From a virus (lineage: Duplodnaviria; Heunggongvirae; Uroviricota; Caudoviricetes): a stretch of DNA of 64,000 nucleotides. Of the stretch, positions 34,526 through 44,800 are shown one piece after another. The translations under genes were made by a program, and so were the position numbers. The notes beneath the pieces were generated by a model. It saw nothing but the letters and a program-made list of their open reading frames with translations. It was not told the DNA's origin and searched no databases. The DNA lies in the IMG/VR virus record IMGVR_UViG_3300046557_000835, one strand, 5' to 3'. Each line of letters opens with the position of its first letter. Position 1 is the first letter of the stretch.

Positions 34526-37138
34526 TCAAGTCAAGCCATCCAGAGAACGCGGAATCACGAACACGACGTTCGCGGCGAAACCTTGACCTGGGGCAGGGCT
34601 ATTATCGAGTTCCAGATCCGCACCCGATCCGACCGGACCCACCGTACCACTCAGAATGCGGCTGAAGTCTGGCGAACCTTGGACTTCGAACCACCAGGTA
34701 CCTTGGCTGATGTCCGACGCAAACAACGGGTCGTTCGACACGATGGTCGCCGATGGCGAGATCGTTACATCGTAACCGTCGTCTTGGATTACCATGTCAC
34801 CACTGTACTCAACCGGCACCACGAGGGTACCGTTCTTGTAGATGTAAAGACGATGTTGCGGCTTCATCGCGTTTTGGATCGCCCCGGCAGCAGCCAGACG
34901 TTTGCTACCAGTCGGTGCGGCATTGGCGGCGTAGTCGTATTCGTTTTGGGTAGCGCTATCGAGCGTAGTGGTTGGTTGCACACGCGGCACCGGAATGTTA
35001 ACCGTCACATCGACCGGGGCGCTGGTGGCGGTATTGGCCGAGGTGTCGTAGGCTTTGGCCGTGTAACGGTGCGAACCATTGTTCGAACGGGTGATCGGCA
35101 CCGCCAACGTGTATGGCGAGGTGCTATCCGTACCAATTAAAACACCATTGTCGTAGAACTCAACCCGATCCAGACCACCCGCGTCGCTGGCTGTTGCACT
35201 CAGGTTAAGGTTACCTGTCACTGTGACCGTGGTTTGGTCGGCTTGCAGACTGATGACTGGTGCAATGGTATCCGGCGGAGCATCACCATCACTGACCGTG
35301 AAATCCGGCAGCGCCGGAACGATCGCCGTTTCCGCAAACACATCCGGGTACGGCGGACGCGGTTCCGTGTCCATCGGTGGCGGCAGGTTCTCAATCGGTG
35401 TCAGCGCGATATTGAGCGGATTGGTCGTGACGTTTGCAGCACGATTACTGGGGTCCCACAACAACCGCGCATCGCCAACCGGAACACGTGGACCGGTCGG
35501 ACCGCCGGTCAGCGTGATCGTGTACGGTCCTTGAAACATTGTTTCGCGGAAGTTAACCCTATTAAGAAGGTCCCCACCAAAGATGCAATCAATGAAGTGC
35601 ACCGCGACGCTGTTAACGGAACTGCCAGTCATGTTTTCCATGAAAGTACCCGAGCCATTCATACCGGCGTCGTTATGGAAATAACAGTTATAGAAGTAGT
35701 ACTCCTGTGGCGTACGCGCACCGTCTGCCAATTCCTTACCGATCTCCGCCAGACTGTTTTGCGAGGATGGGTTGGTTTTGTAGAACACCGAGTCGTACAC
35801 GTGTAACACGCCTTGGTCGCAGTAGTCGAGTTCACGCGAACCCAGCGAGTGGTTACAGAAGACTTGCTTCAGGACCATGGTTCGAGCACGGCTCTTGAGG
35901 TTGTGACCGTCTTTCGCTTCCGAGAACGTCACGCGTTCCATGCGCATAATCTCGCAGTCACCCACGTAGATGTTGTGCGTTTGTCCGACTTCGTTGGAGA
36001 ACGTCGAGTAACCGTTGCCCTCTACCAAGCAGTCCACGATGTCGATGTGCGGGGTACGGGTAACTGCGGTACGAATGCCGTTTTCCGAGTCCGTGATGTG
36101 CAGATTTTGCAACAGCACGTATTGGACGCCCGGGTTAATCAGAATACCGCAACCGTTACCGGCGTCGATGGAGGTGCCGCCACTGACTTCCAGGTTTTCG
36201 ATCACGACAGTACGACCGCCTTCAACGTTCACGATGGCTTTACCAAACGCCGCCCGTTGACCACGCTCCAAACGCAGCATCGGCCAACGGCCATTGACCT
36301 GATTCGCGCCACGCAGACGGATGTCGAGGTTGGCAGTTTGGTAGCCGATGGTGGTGTTCGATTCGGAACCGTGACCATCACGGATGACTTGGATGGTCTG
36401 ACCATTGATGGGGTTGGTCTGGGCGTTGGTAACCGCCACACCCATTGTGTACGCGAACTCATGCACATACGCGATCGGGATCACGATGTCGATGTTCTTG
36501 GTCAGTTCGCACAGTAGCTTACCGTCGCTGGTCTTGTAGATGTCCAGGATGTCCTGGGAGTACGGGTTGGTTGACAAAGCTGGTGGCAGGGCACCGATAA
36601 ACGCATAAGCGGCGTCGAACGCCATGGTGCGACTACCGATGTTGTCCTGAATAATAACCATGCGAATACGGTCACCCGGGTTCATGTTCCGCGGGTTAGC
36701 GATCTTCACATTCTTGGTCATCATTACCCGGAAGTTGCGCGCGTAAGCGTAATCGACCTTGGTTAGATTCGGCAGCGCAGTCAGGGTGAGCTGTCGTTCG
36801 GTATTGTCCAGCACCGGACCGCCACTGCCGCCAGAAGCAGCCGTGCCGGCCACCGTGTTGGTGGTGACGATCCGCCACACTTTGGCGGTGGGGTTGTACA
36901 TCAGTTCAACGAACAGGCTCGGACGCCCTCCGAAATTGAAACTGGTGGCAAGCGTACCGTTAGCGTCGATGAATTGAAGCAGCGTCGAGCGAATCGTAAA
37001 GACTTCACTCGTGCTGGTGAAGAGGACGACCGAAAAGTCGTCAGTCACTTCAGTATCCAGCAACACATCCATATTGCCATGTAGGTCAATACGTTGTTTG
37101 TCGTGGGCTGACGTGATAATTAGGGTATGGTCTGCCAT
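34526..37138 (-). CDS. tailspike / polysaccharide depolymerase-like protein with beta-helix
   Basis: 870 aa. The central region has beta-helix-type repeats (GNGYSTFSNEVGQTHNIYVGDCEIMRM...NHSLGSRELDYCDQGVLHVYDSVFYK). The C-terminal domain is shared with 33714..34511. Confidence 0.65.
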   Translation of the reverse strand: MADHTLIITSAHDKQRIDLHGNMDVLLDTEVTDDFSVVLFTSTSEVFTIRSTLLQFIDANGTLATSFNFGGRPSLFVELMYNPTAKVWRIVTTNTVAGTAASGGSGGPVLDNTERQLTLTALPNLTKVDYAYARNFRVMMTKNVKIANPRNMNPGDRIRMVIIQDNIGSRTMAFDAAYAFIGALPPALSTNPYSQDILDIYKTSDGKLLCELTKNIDIVIPIAYVHEFAYTMGVAVTNAQTNPINGQTIQVIRDGHGSESNTTIGYQTANLDIRLRGANQVNGRWPMLRLERGQRAAFGKAIVNVEGGRTVVIENLEVSGGTSIDAGNGCGILINPGVQYVLLQNLHITDSENGIRTAVTRTPHIDIVDCLVEGNGYSTFSNEVGQTHNIYVGDCEIMRMERVTFSEAKDGHNLKSRARTMVLKQVFCNHSLGSRELDYCDQGVLHVYDSVFYKTNPSSQNSLAEIGKELADGARTPQEYYFYNCYFHNDAGMNGSGTFMENMTGSSVNSVAVHFIDCIFGGDLLNRVNFRETMFQGPYTITLTGGPTGPRVPVGDARLLWDPSNRAANVTTNPLNIALTPIENLPPPMDTEPRPPYPDVFAETAIVPALPDFTVSDGDAPPDTIAPVISLQADQTTVTVTGNLNLSATASDAGGLDRVEFYDNGVLIGTDSTSPYTLAVPITRSNNGSHRYTAKAYDTSANTATSAPVDVTVNIPVPRVQPTTTLDSATQNEYDYAANAAPTGSKRLAAAGAIQNAMKPQHRLYIYKNGTLVVPVEYSGDMVIQDDGYDVTISPSATIVSNDPLFASDISQGTWWFEVQGSPDFSRILSGTVGPVGSGADLELDNSPAPGQGFAANVVFVIPRSLDGLT

Positions 37139-37167
37139 TTATTTCTCCGGCGTTAACTGGTAATTCT

Positions 37168-38091
37168 TTATGCTTCAGACAGCTTTGCAACTTCGTAGGT
37201 TTCAGGCCAGTCAGCGCTATAATCGTAGTTAATGGGATCGAGCGACGCCATCAGGTTTTGACGGTGCATCTCGGCCAGTTGAAAAACATAACCTTCATTG
37301 TCGATGCCAGCATCGATCACGCGGTGCAGCAACCCGACGGTCATCGGGACAAACTCACCTGACATGGTTTTCCACTCAGCGAGCACCACGTCGTCTGAAT
37401 AAGCGTTACGACGTATTTTGCTGTCGAGAATCGAGTACTGAACCCGCGACTGGGCGTCAGTCCAAAACCAGTAGTCCTTACCATCCACAGCCAGCTTGAT
37501 GCCGCCTTGGATCAGTGCGTCGCGCTTTTCCTTGATTCGCAACCACTGCTCGTCCCGAATTTCGGCAAGGGTCTTCGGCGCTGCTGGTTCATCCAGCATT
37601 GCGGAAAACTCCACACCTGGCCGCGCGATGTTGCTAAGGTTGACCTTGCGCACAAAGTCCAGTTCCGGTGGCAGCGACGGCCACTGGATGGCGTACAGGT
37701 TTTGCTCGGTGATGTTGCGCAGGGCTTCGCGGTATCTGATGATCGCGGCTTGACCGACCGCATCGAACATCTTGAAGCGATCAACGCTAGCGGCCGAATC
37801 GGTTGCCGCCAGCGTAGCGTCGCGCATGGAACGAACCCACGCCCGGTAATCTGCTGAGCGTACCATCAACAGGTAGTCGATCGAATCGGCCATGAAACCT
37901 TGTTCCCGGGCTTTGTCGAGCGAAATGATGGTGAGATCTTTGTAGACCGAGATCTCACTGATGTTCGCGAGTTGCTCGTCGGTAAGATCCCACATGTTCG
38001 TGACGTCTTTCCACACTGCAGGCAGCTGGAGATAGTCGAGCGCGATCCGCTTTTTGGTATCGCAAATCATGTACCATTTATTGTTGGCCAT
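37168..38091 (-). CDS. fibre-associated protein, paralog 1 (possible fibre assembly/attachment factor)
   Basis: 307 aa starting MANNKWYMICD. Its C-terminus WKTMSGEFVPMTVGLLHRVIDAGIDNEGYVFQLAEMHR is near-identical to that of 40261..41193. Confidence 0.55.
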   Translation of the reverse strand: MANNKWYMICDTKKRIALDYLQLPAVWKDVTNMWDLTDEQLANISEISVYKDLTIISLDKAREQGFMADSIDYLLMVRSADYRAWVRSMRDATLAATDSAASVDRFKMFDAVGQAAIIRYREALRNITEQNLYAIQWPSLPPELDFVRKVNLSNIARPGVEFSAMLDEPAAPKTLAEIRDEQWLRIKEKRDALIQGGIKLAVDGKDYWFWTDAQSRVQYSILDSKIRRNAYSDDVVLAEWKTMSGEFVPMTVGLLHRVIDAGIDNEGYVFQLAEMHRQNLMASLDPINYDYSADWPETYEVAKLSEA

Positions 38092-38094
38092 TTC

Positions 38095-39096
38095 TTATAC
38101 CTCCCAGGGTAATTTGCTGACCAGTTTCACGAGCTTCACACCCGCTGCGTCTTTGCCGTCTGCGCCTTTGAGGGACAGCTGGTAATCGGCCAAGGTACCC
38201 ACAAAGCCAGCGTCAAGGGCCAATTGGTAAGCGGACTTACCGTTCACCCCTTTCAGGGAAGCCAACCAGTCTGCTTGGGTGCCAACAAACCCGTTGTCGA
38301 CAGCGAGGTCGTAGTCGGATTTACCAGCCGGTCCCCGCGGACCTTCCACCCCCATGAACTGACCGGCACTCATCCAGCCGCTTTCACCTTTGATCCACAG
38401 GTCGCCTGCGATCAAGTAAGCTGAACTTAACGGGTCATCCGGCGGCAAATCAGCCGTATCGGTCAGCTCACCTTTGAGGATGATGCCGGAACCGTCTTTA
38501 CCTTTGAGCGAACTGAGCCACTCGGAAATGGTACCTTGGAAGCCATCATCGATGGCCTGCTGGTAAGCGGACTTACCGTTGGTACCACGTGGACCGACTA
38601 GGCTGGCCAGCCATTCCGTGACTGTGCCAGTGAAACCGTTCAGTTGGGCGATCTGGTAGTTCGACTTGCCGTCTTTACCGTTCGCGCCATCCGAACCCGG
38701 AAGCGAAGTCAGCGAAATTTGCCACTGCGAGAACGTCCCGGCGCCGATCACCCGGGTAATGTTGACCGTCACCCAGTCCGCGGTGGAACCCACCACCAGA
38801 CCGATCATGGCGTTATCGGCGTCATGTGTGATGATCACCCACTGATTGGCGGCAAAGCTGGTGCCTAGCGGCACCGCAAAGCTCTTTTCGCCGAGACCAA
38901 TGGTGGCTGCAGTGGTGCTGTTTGCGGCAACCACGACCGCAGCTTGGATCGCATTTTGCGCCCGTTTTACCAAGCCAGCCAACGTGGGCACACTTCCACT
39001 GTCGATGGGCACCGAGTCGCCTTCAGCCCCTTTCAGGAAGCGATGGAAGTCGGCCCCGTCAGCTGTCAAGACAGCAAGCGTATCTTTAATAGACAT
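38095..39096 (-). CDS. tail fibre protein with collagen-like triplets and Phage_fiber_2-type repeats
   Basis: A repeat of the form G-x-x-GKSAYQxAxDxGFxGTxxxWLxSLKG occurs at least 4 times, interspersed with GPRGTNGKS / GPRGPAGKS / GADGKDAAG collagen-like triplets. Confidence 0.75.
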   Translation of the reverse strand: MSIKDTLAVLTADGADFHRFLKGAEGDSVPIDSGSVPTLAGLVKRAQNAIQAAVVVAANSTTAATIGLGEKSFAVPLGTSFAANQWVIITHDADNAMIGLVVGSTADWVTVNITRVIGAGTFSQWQISLTSLPGSDGANGKDGKSNYQIAQLNGFTGTVTEWLASLVGPRGTNGKSAYQQAIDDGFQGTISEWLSSLKGKDGSGIILKGELTDTADLPPDDPLSSAYLIAGDLWIKGESGWMSAGQFMGVEGPRGPAGKSDYDLAVDNGFVGTQADWLASLKGVNGKSAYQLALDAGFVGTLADYQLSLKGADGKDAAGVKLVKLVSKLPWEV

Positions 39097-39129
39097 ACAT
39101 CTCTCTATTCGTAAAAAGGAAGGGCGGGA

Positions 39130-39750
39130 TCACACCAACGACGGTAGCGTAGTGTGGACAAACGTATGCAGCTGTGAAAAATCGGACAGCCCGCTGATGA
39201 TATCGACTTTGGTATTGCCGGACCATTTGATCGCGGTGGCTTTCGCCGTCAACGTCACGGTTCCTACTTCGGCGTCGGGAACGTTCGGGATGACGACAGG
39301 CTCCAAGTCGGTAAGCTGAAGATCTGCTTGGACTTCAGCATTCAACAACGACAGCAATGCGTCAGGCGTGACCGCGGTTTCACTTGCCAGTGTCGGGTAA
39401 CCCAACATGGTCAGCGGAATACGGTTGTAATAAAACATCTTGTCGCCAGAATACCGGGTACCTTGCTTTCCACTCAACACTACACTGGTATTGCGATTGG
39501 CGTAGTTAAGTGGTTGTGGTGCCCCGATCGTGACATCATTCAGCGTCAAGCTCTTTTCATTGACTGCGTTGACGAGACCCAAAAGCTCTTGTTGACGCTC
39601 TACGGTATCGTCCGTAAATGTTTGAATGGACATGGCGATATCTCGTCCTAAAAAGAGTAATGCCTCAAGCAGGCTGAGGCGAGCATACGATAAACAATAA
39701 AAAAATATAGAGATCATAAAAGCTAGAGAGATGACGGGGAAACCCGTCAT
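39130..39750 (-). CDS. fibre-cluster protein, VT(I/V)GAP family paralog 1
   Basis: 206 aa with VTIGAPQPLNYANRNTSVVLSGKQGTRYSGDKMFYYNRIPLTMLG. It is paralogous to 45199..45735 and, more distantly, to 45802..46449. Confidence 0.5.
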   Translation of the reverse strand: MTGFPVISLAFMISIFFYCLSYARLSLLEALLFLGRDIAMSIQTFTDDTVERQQELLGLVNAVNEKSLTLNDVTIGAPQPLNYANRNTSVVLSGKQGTRYSGDKMFYYNRIPLTMLGYPTLASETAVTPDALLSLLNAEVQADLQLTDLEPVVIPNVPDAEVGTVTLTAKATAIKWSGNTKVDIISGLSDFSQLHTFVHTTLPSLV

Positions 39751-39764
39751 CTCTCTAGTGCTAT

Positions 39765-40238
39765 TTATGCTGTCAAAAGCGCGTCAATGTTGTAACGCCA
39801 GTTTTTGTCCAGCGATTCCGCCAGCCATTTAACGGCTTGGTACAGGGTGCCTGGGTCAAAGCGCCACGGATTCGGTAAGCCGAGTGCGGCGCCCACGGCT
39901 TCGGAACAGAACCATTTCTTCTTGTCGTCACCTACGACACTGAAGATAAAGTGCAAATTACCGAGCAGATCGTACTTCTCGCCTTGGTGTACCACGAACC
40001 ACTTCAGCGCACGTTCTTCGAACAGCTCGTCCGGCAGTTCGATACAGTCCCAATGTTCCGGGTCGTACTCGATCACTTTCTCGCGAACGCCGCCATCGGC
40101 GAACGACGACGACCACGAGCGTCCATTACTGAAAAGGATCTCGCAGTGGGAGTATTGCGACTTGGTGATCAACCGAACGCCATGGCTGTAGATACCGGCC
40201 ACACCAGGACGGATGGCCTTGTAGAAAAAAACTTTCAT
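39765..40238 (-). CDS. hypothetical protein with candidate Cys/His hydrolase motif (KSQYSHCEILF)
   Basis: 157 aa. It is possibly a papain-like/NlpC-P60-like or acyltransferase-like fold. That assignment is a weak inference from the motif only. Confidence 0.45.
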   Translation of the reverse strand: MKVFFYKAIRPGVAGIYSHGVRLITKSQYSHCEILFSNGRSWSSSFADGGVREKVIEYDPEHWDCIELPDELFEERALKWFVVHQGEKYDLLGNLHFIFSVVGDDKKKWFCSEAVGAALGLPNPWRFDPGTLYQAVKWLAESLDKNWRYNIDALLTA

Positions 40239-40260
40239 GCGATTCCTTCAAAATGAAAGA

Positions 40261-41193
40261 TCAGCTGACCGGTGTTTGGGTAGCTTGCTCTTGGTACGTT
40301 AACGGCCAGCCTTGACTGTAGTCGTAAGTTTCCGGTGCGTCAGAGGCCAGGATTTCTGTGCGATGCAATTCCGCCGTCTGGAAGATTTCCCGCTCATTGG
40401 CAATACCAGCCGTGATCACTTGGTGCAAGAGTCCCACGGTCATCGGCACGAATTCACCCGACATGGTTTTCCAGTTGTCGATCACGTACGAGTCCGCTAC
40501 CCCGGCCCGGGTCATCGCACTGTCAAGCAACGAGTATTGGGTTCGGGTCGGTTCATCGGTCCAGAACCAGTAATCTGTCGTGCCGACCGTGACTTTGATG
40601 CCGCCAGCTTTGCGTCGATCGCGCTCCGCTTTGGTGCGCAACCATTGGTCATCGCGCCGTTGGACAAGACTTGGGGCAGGGAACGGTTGCGTCAGCGCGT
40701 CCAAGAACGATTCACTCGGGTGATCGAGATGGTCGATGTCGAGCTTGCGTACGAAATCGAGTTCTGGTGGAATCGCAGGCCACACCACATTCAGCGGATC
40801 GGCCTGTAACGTAATGTCACGCAACGCGTCACGGTAAGCGGTCACGTATTTCTGCGAAACCACATCCAACCGTTGCCAGCGGTCTGGCACGGTAATGGCG
40901 TCAGTCGCGGCGAGTAGCGGGTCACGCAGTTGCCGCAACCACGCAAGGACAGCGGGGCGAGTGATTTCCAAAACGTGATTGATGCTGTCGCTATCGATCT
41001 CCATTTCAACCGCTCGCTCTGGCGTGTAAAACGCTGTACCTTGGTGCGGTGTAAACGTGAAGAAAGTGGCTAGGTCATCATCACTCAAGGATTCCATCCC
41101 AGTGGTGGCGCCCCAGATCGGGCCGATTTGAATCAGATCGGTGGCAAGCTTGGTGAGAACGTTACACACCAGATACCATTTGGCATTGACCAT
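40261..41193 (-). CDS. fibre-associated protein, paralog 2
   Basis: 310 aa starting MVNAKWYLVCN. It is paralogous to 37168..38091. Confidence 0.55.
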   Translation of the reverse strand: MVNAKWYLVCNVLTKLATDLIQIGPIWGATTGMESLSDDDLATFFTFTPHQGTAFYTPERAVEMEIDSDSINHVLEITRPAVLAWLRQLRDPLLAATDAITVPDRWQRLDVVSQKYVTAYRDALRDITLQADPLNVVWPAIPPELDFVRKLDIDHLDHPSESFLDALTQPFPAPSLVQRRDDQWLRTKAERDRRKAGGIKVTVGTTDYWFWTDEPTRTQYSLLDSAMTRAGVADSYVIDNWKTMSGEFVPMTVGLLHQVITAGIANEREIFQTAELHRTEILASDAPETYDYSQGWPLTYQEQATQTPVS

Positions 41194-41213
41194 ACGCGGT
41201 ATCCTTTCAAAAA

Positions 41214-41753
41214 TTAGATGGGGGTAATGGCGACGTAACTGCCAGGCGGCACCGTTACGGAAACACCGCTTGCGTTGTATGTCAGATTTGATGGACTGGG
41301 CGCCACAACGGGTGCTAGTGAACCAATAGCGCCACCGGGCAATGTGACGCCGCCAAGGGTCACTGGAGTGCCAGCGGTACCTGGGACCGTCGAGTTATAG
41401 TACTTCGTGCCAGAATTAGTCCCGTTTTGTGTGTAAGAAATATTCACATATTGGCTTGAAGTACTATAACTGTAAGAATCTGGTTGGCTAGGTGACGGCC
41501 CCCAGTTTCCGTTATTGACGGTCTGCGATGAGTTCGCGTTGTTGATGGTCACCGTCTGTGAAGTACCATACATCAACGGGGGGTTGTAACCAGCGACAGT
41601 ACCAGGAGTATTTGGGTTGCCAGAACCGCCACGGCCGCCCACTTTGTAAGCGCCGCGACCGTAAGGAAGCGCCACTGTACCTGTCGCGTTCACCGTAATA
41701 TCGTTGGTGAGGTGTCGGGTCTTTTGATACCGTAATCGATCGAATAACTTCAT
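41214..41753 (-). CDS. Gly/Ser/Thr/Asn-rich fibre-like protein (179 aa)
   Basis: Low-complexity beta-rich composition typical of fibre tips. Confidence 0.5.
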   Translation of the reverse strand: MKLFDRLRYQKTRHLTNDITVNATGTVALPYGRGAYKVGGRGGSGNPNTPGTVAGYNPPLMYGTSQTVTINNANSSQTVNNGNWGPSPSQPDSYSYSTSSQYVNISYTQNGTNSGTKYYNSTVPGTAGTPVTLGGVTLPGGAIGSLAPVVAPSPSNLTYNASGVSVTVPPGSYVAITPI

Positions 41754-41764
41754 AAAACTCTACA

Positions 41765-41800
41765 AACAAACTTGTTGGAAAAGGTGGGATTGCTCCCACC
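41765..41800 (-). terminator. rho-independent terminator (GGTGGGA-TTGC-TCCCACC plus T-run)
   Basis: It lies just after the stop of the 1121-aa fibre gene. On the minus strand it is followed by TTTTCCAACAAGTTTGTTTG. Confidence 0.5.
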
Positions 41801-41808
41801 CCGAAACA

Positions 41809-44800
41809 TTAACCTTGATCTTCGATCGACAGTGCGCCCGCGTACACGCCGCCGTCCACGTAGAAGCCCCAAACATCTTTAGCGTTCGCAGTGGTGGTGC
41901 GCGGTGGTAGAGTTTTGTTTGCCCACTGGATCGTGTTACCGAAACTCATCGAGCGGCCCGCGGTGGCATCGTTGATGGTGATCAAGGTGAAGTTGAAGAT
42001 TTCACCGCTGGGTGCTGGCGGCGGGTTGGTGAAGGTGATCGTGGTGTTCGCAGCAATCGTGACTTTGAACACTGTTGCTTCATCACCCGTGTTCAGATCG
42101 ATTGTCGTGGTCGCGGTGTTGGCCGTGATATTGCGCACCTTATCACGGGCATTGCCAAACAACGGCGTGCCCGAGGCGCGCATGTAATTTGACACATGTA
42201 CCACGCCACCGGCACGACCCACCATTACCGCCCAGTCGCCCGGAGCCGTCGTCACGTTAGCGCCCGTCGGGATCACAAGGTTGGCGCTGTTGGTCAACGT
42301 CAAGGCTGCCGCAAAGCGCACCATCCGCATTTGACCATCAGCGAGGGTGATGCCAGTGATGGTGGTTGTGCCAGTGATTTCTACCACGTTACTGGAAGCC
42401 GTGCTCAGGTTCACCGTAGCGGCGCTGACGATGCTCGCCGCTACGTTATAGTTCAGCGCACCAGTTAAGCTATCGCCCGCTTTGTTCAGCGGCGTGTAGG
42501 TCAGCTTCGACAGGATCGTGGCTTGCGTTTCATCACCAGTATTGCTACCCGACAGCGTCGTCACCCCTAACTTGGAACGGATACTGGTACCAGTTTCGTC
42601 ACCGGTATTGCTACCGGTAACGGCAGTGGCACCCAGCTTATTCAAGATGGTGGCTTGGGTTTCGTCACCAGTATTGGTGCCGCTATTGGTACCCGTGATG
42701 TCGGAGGTCATTGCCACCGTACCCGATTTGTCAGGCATCACGTACGCCCGCGCGGCGGTTGCTGCGCTCTCGACCGTTGAGGTAACTGTGCCTGCGCTGT
42801 TTTTAATGTTGAACTTGTAGCCAGTCAAGCCAACAACACCACCCGACGCATCCTTGGTGTTCGGGTTGATCGGGGTATAACCCAGTGCTGTGGTAACCAT
42901 GCCACCCGTAATACCCGAGATGTAGCCGGCGGGGTTCGAGGCGTTGTAGGGCACGTAACCAATGTTGGTCTCTAACGTGTCCCAGTTGGTATTGACCTGA
43001 CCAGGATTATCCACCAACGCCCGGATCGAGTCGCCGATACTGAGGCTAATGCCGCCCACCACACCGGCACCCGAGATAAAGAACAGGTTACCTTTCTTGA
43101 TACCACCCGATGGGCCGGTGCCGCCAGCACTTGGGTAGACACCGCTCGATGCATCCCAGTTACCACAATCGAATACCGCACCGACGATTTGGCCATCGAC
43201 ATACGTCTTGACCGCCTTCACCGTTGGGTAGAACTGATCGTTGACCACGCTGAAGTCGACAGCCTTGTTAGAGAGCGATTCTTTCGACGACAGCGCAACC
43301 GTCATCGATACCGTGAAAGGTTTGTTAGCGTCAGATGTGTTATCGACTTGGTCCAAGCCCAACAACAGTTTTGCTTGGGCTGCCGTCAAGGGTTCAATGT
43401 CACCCGATCCAGCGGCGCTACGTCCCAGCAGCGTCGCGGTAGCAACTTGGGCCATCTTGGCGAAGCTGACTGCGCGGGCCGTGATGGTTGTAAGGAAACT
43501 ACCTGTGCCGCTACCGGTAATATCCCCGGTCAACTCAATGGTTTGGTCACCGGTGTTGCTACCCGTGACTTGCGTAGCGCCGAGCTTGGCCAAGATAGTC
43601 TCTTGGGTTTCATCGCTACCCGATCCAGCGATAACGTCAGATAGCAACGCCACCACGCCGTCCTTGTCTGGCATGACCCAGCTGCGGGCAGCGGTGGCCT
43701 GGTTACTGAGTTTCGAAGCGACCGCACCGTCGTCGCTCTTCATGACAACCGCGTACCCAGACAGACCAGCCACACCGTTTTGCGCGTTCTTCTCCGTTGC
43801 GTTCAACGGAATGAAACTCAGGGCGTCGGTGACCATCTGACTCGTGATGTCCGAAATGTATCCCGCCGGGTTGGAAGCATTATAGGGCACATACCCCAGG
43901 TTCGATTCCAGCACAGCCCAGTTTGATGCAGTCTGACCAGGGTTATCGACCACGGCACGGAACGAGTCACCGATGTTAACCGTTACACCGCCTAAGGTAC
44001 CAGCCACGCTCACGTACCAGAGGTTACCTTTCTTGATCGCGCCAGCGATGCCGGTACCGCCGGCGGTGGGGAACTGGTTCACCGAAGCATCCCAGTTACC
44101 GCAATCCTTGATCACACCCGTGACCAACGCATCAGCGTAAGTCTTGACCGCTTGCACACTCGGGTACAGTGTGTGGTTGACTGTGGTGAAGTCGGTGGCT
44201 TTGTTACCCGTCACTTCTTTGAGGGTCAGTTTGGTGGTGTAGTCCGAAATCGCCGCGCTGATTTGGGTCTGCAGTTTGCTGATGGCGTTAACCACCGTGT
44301 CACTGGTGTCAACCACCCCAGTGCTGCCCGCGATATACGCGGCCAAAATCGATTGGATCGCTCGCATCTGGGTGAAGTACTTGTTGTTGGTACCTTCATT
44401 CACCGAGTCGGTACTGACCACAACACTACTGAGCGTCTGGTAACCCGTGCCATTCCAGAAGTACAGCCCACCCGAATCTTCCAAGATGTATACACGTTTC
44501 TTCACACCGGTGTTCGGCAAGGCCGCCATCGATGGGTAGTTCACCACTGAATCGAAGTCGCCCGTGTTGGTGCCCGACAGCGCCGGCACGCCCAGCTTAT
44601 TCAGCAGCGTCGTTTGCGTTTCATCGCCGGTATTGACGCCGGTGTTGGTGCCCGTGATGTCGCTCAACAACGCGACCTTACCACTCTTGTCCGGCATGTC
44701 CCAGGTACGGTCAGCGGTCGAGGTATGCTGGAAATACCCTTTGGCGTTGCCGTCGGTGTTGAGCAGCCACAGTTTGTAACCTTCGTAACCAGGGTAGCCG

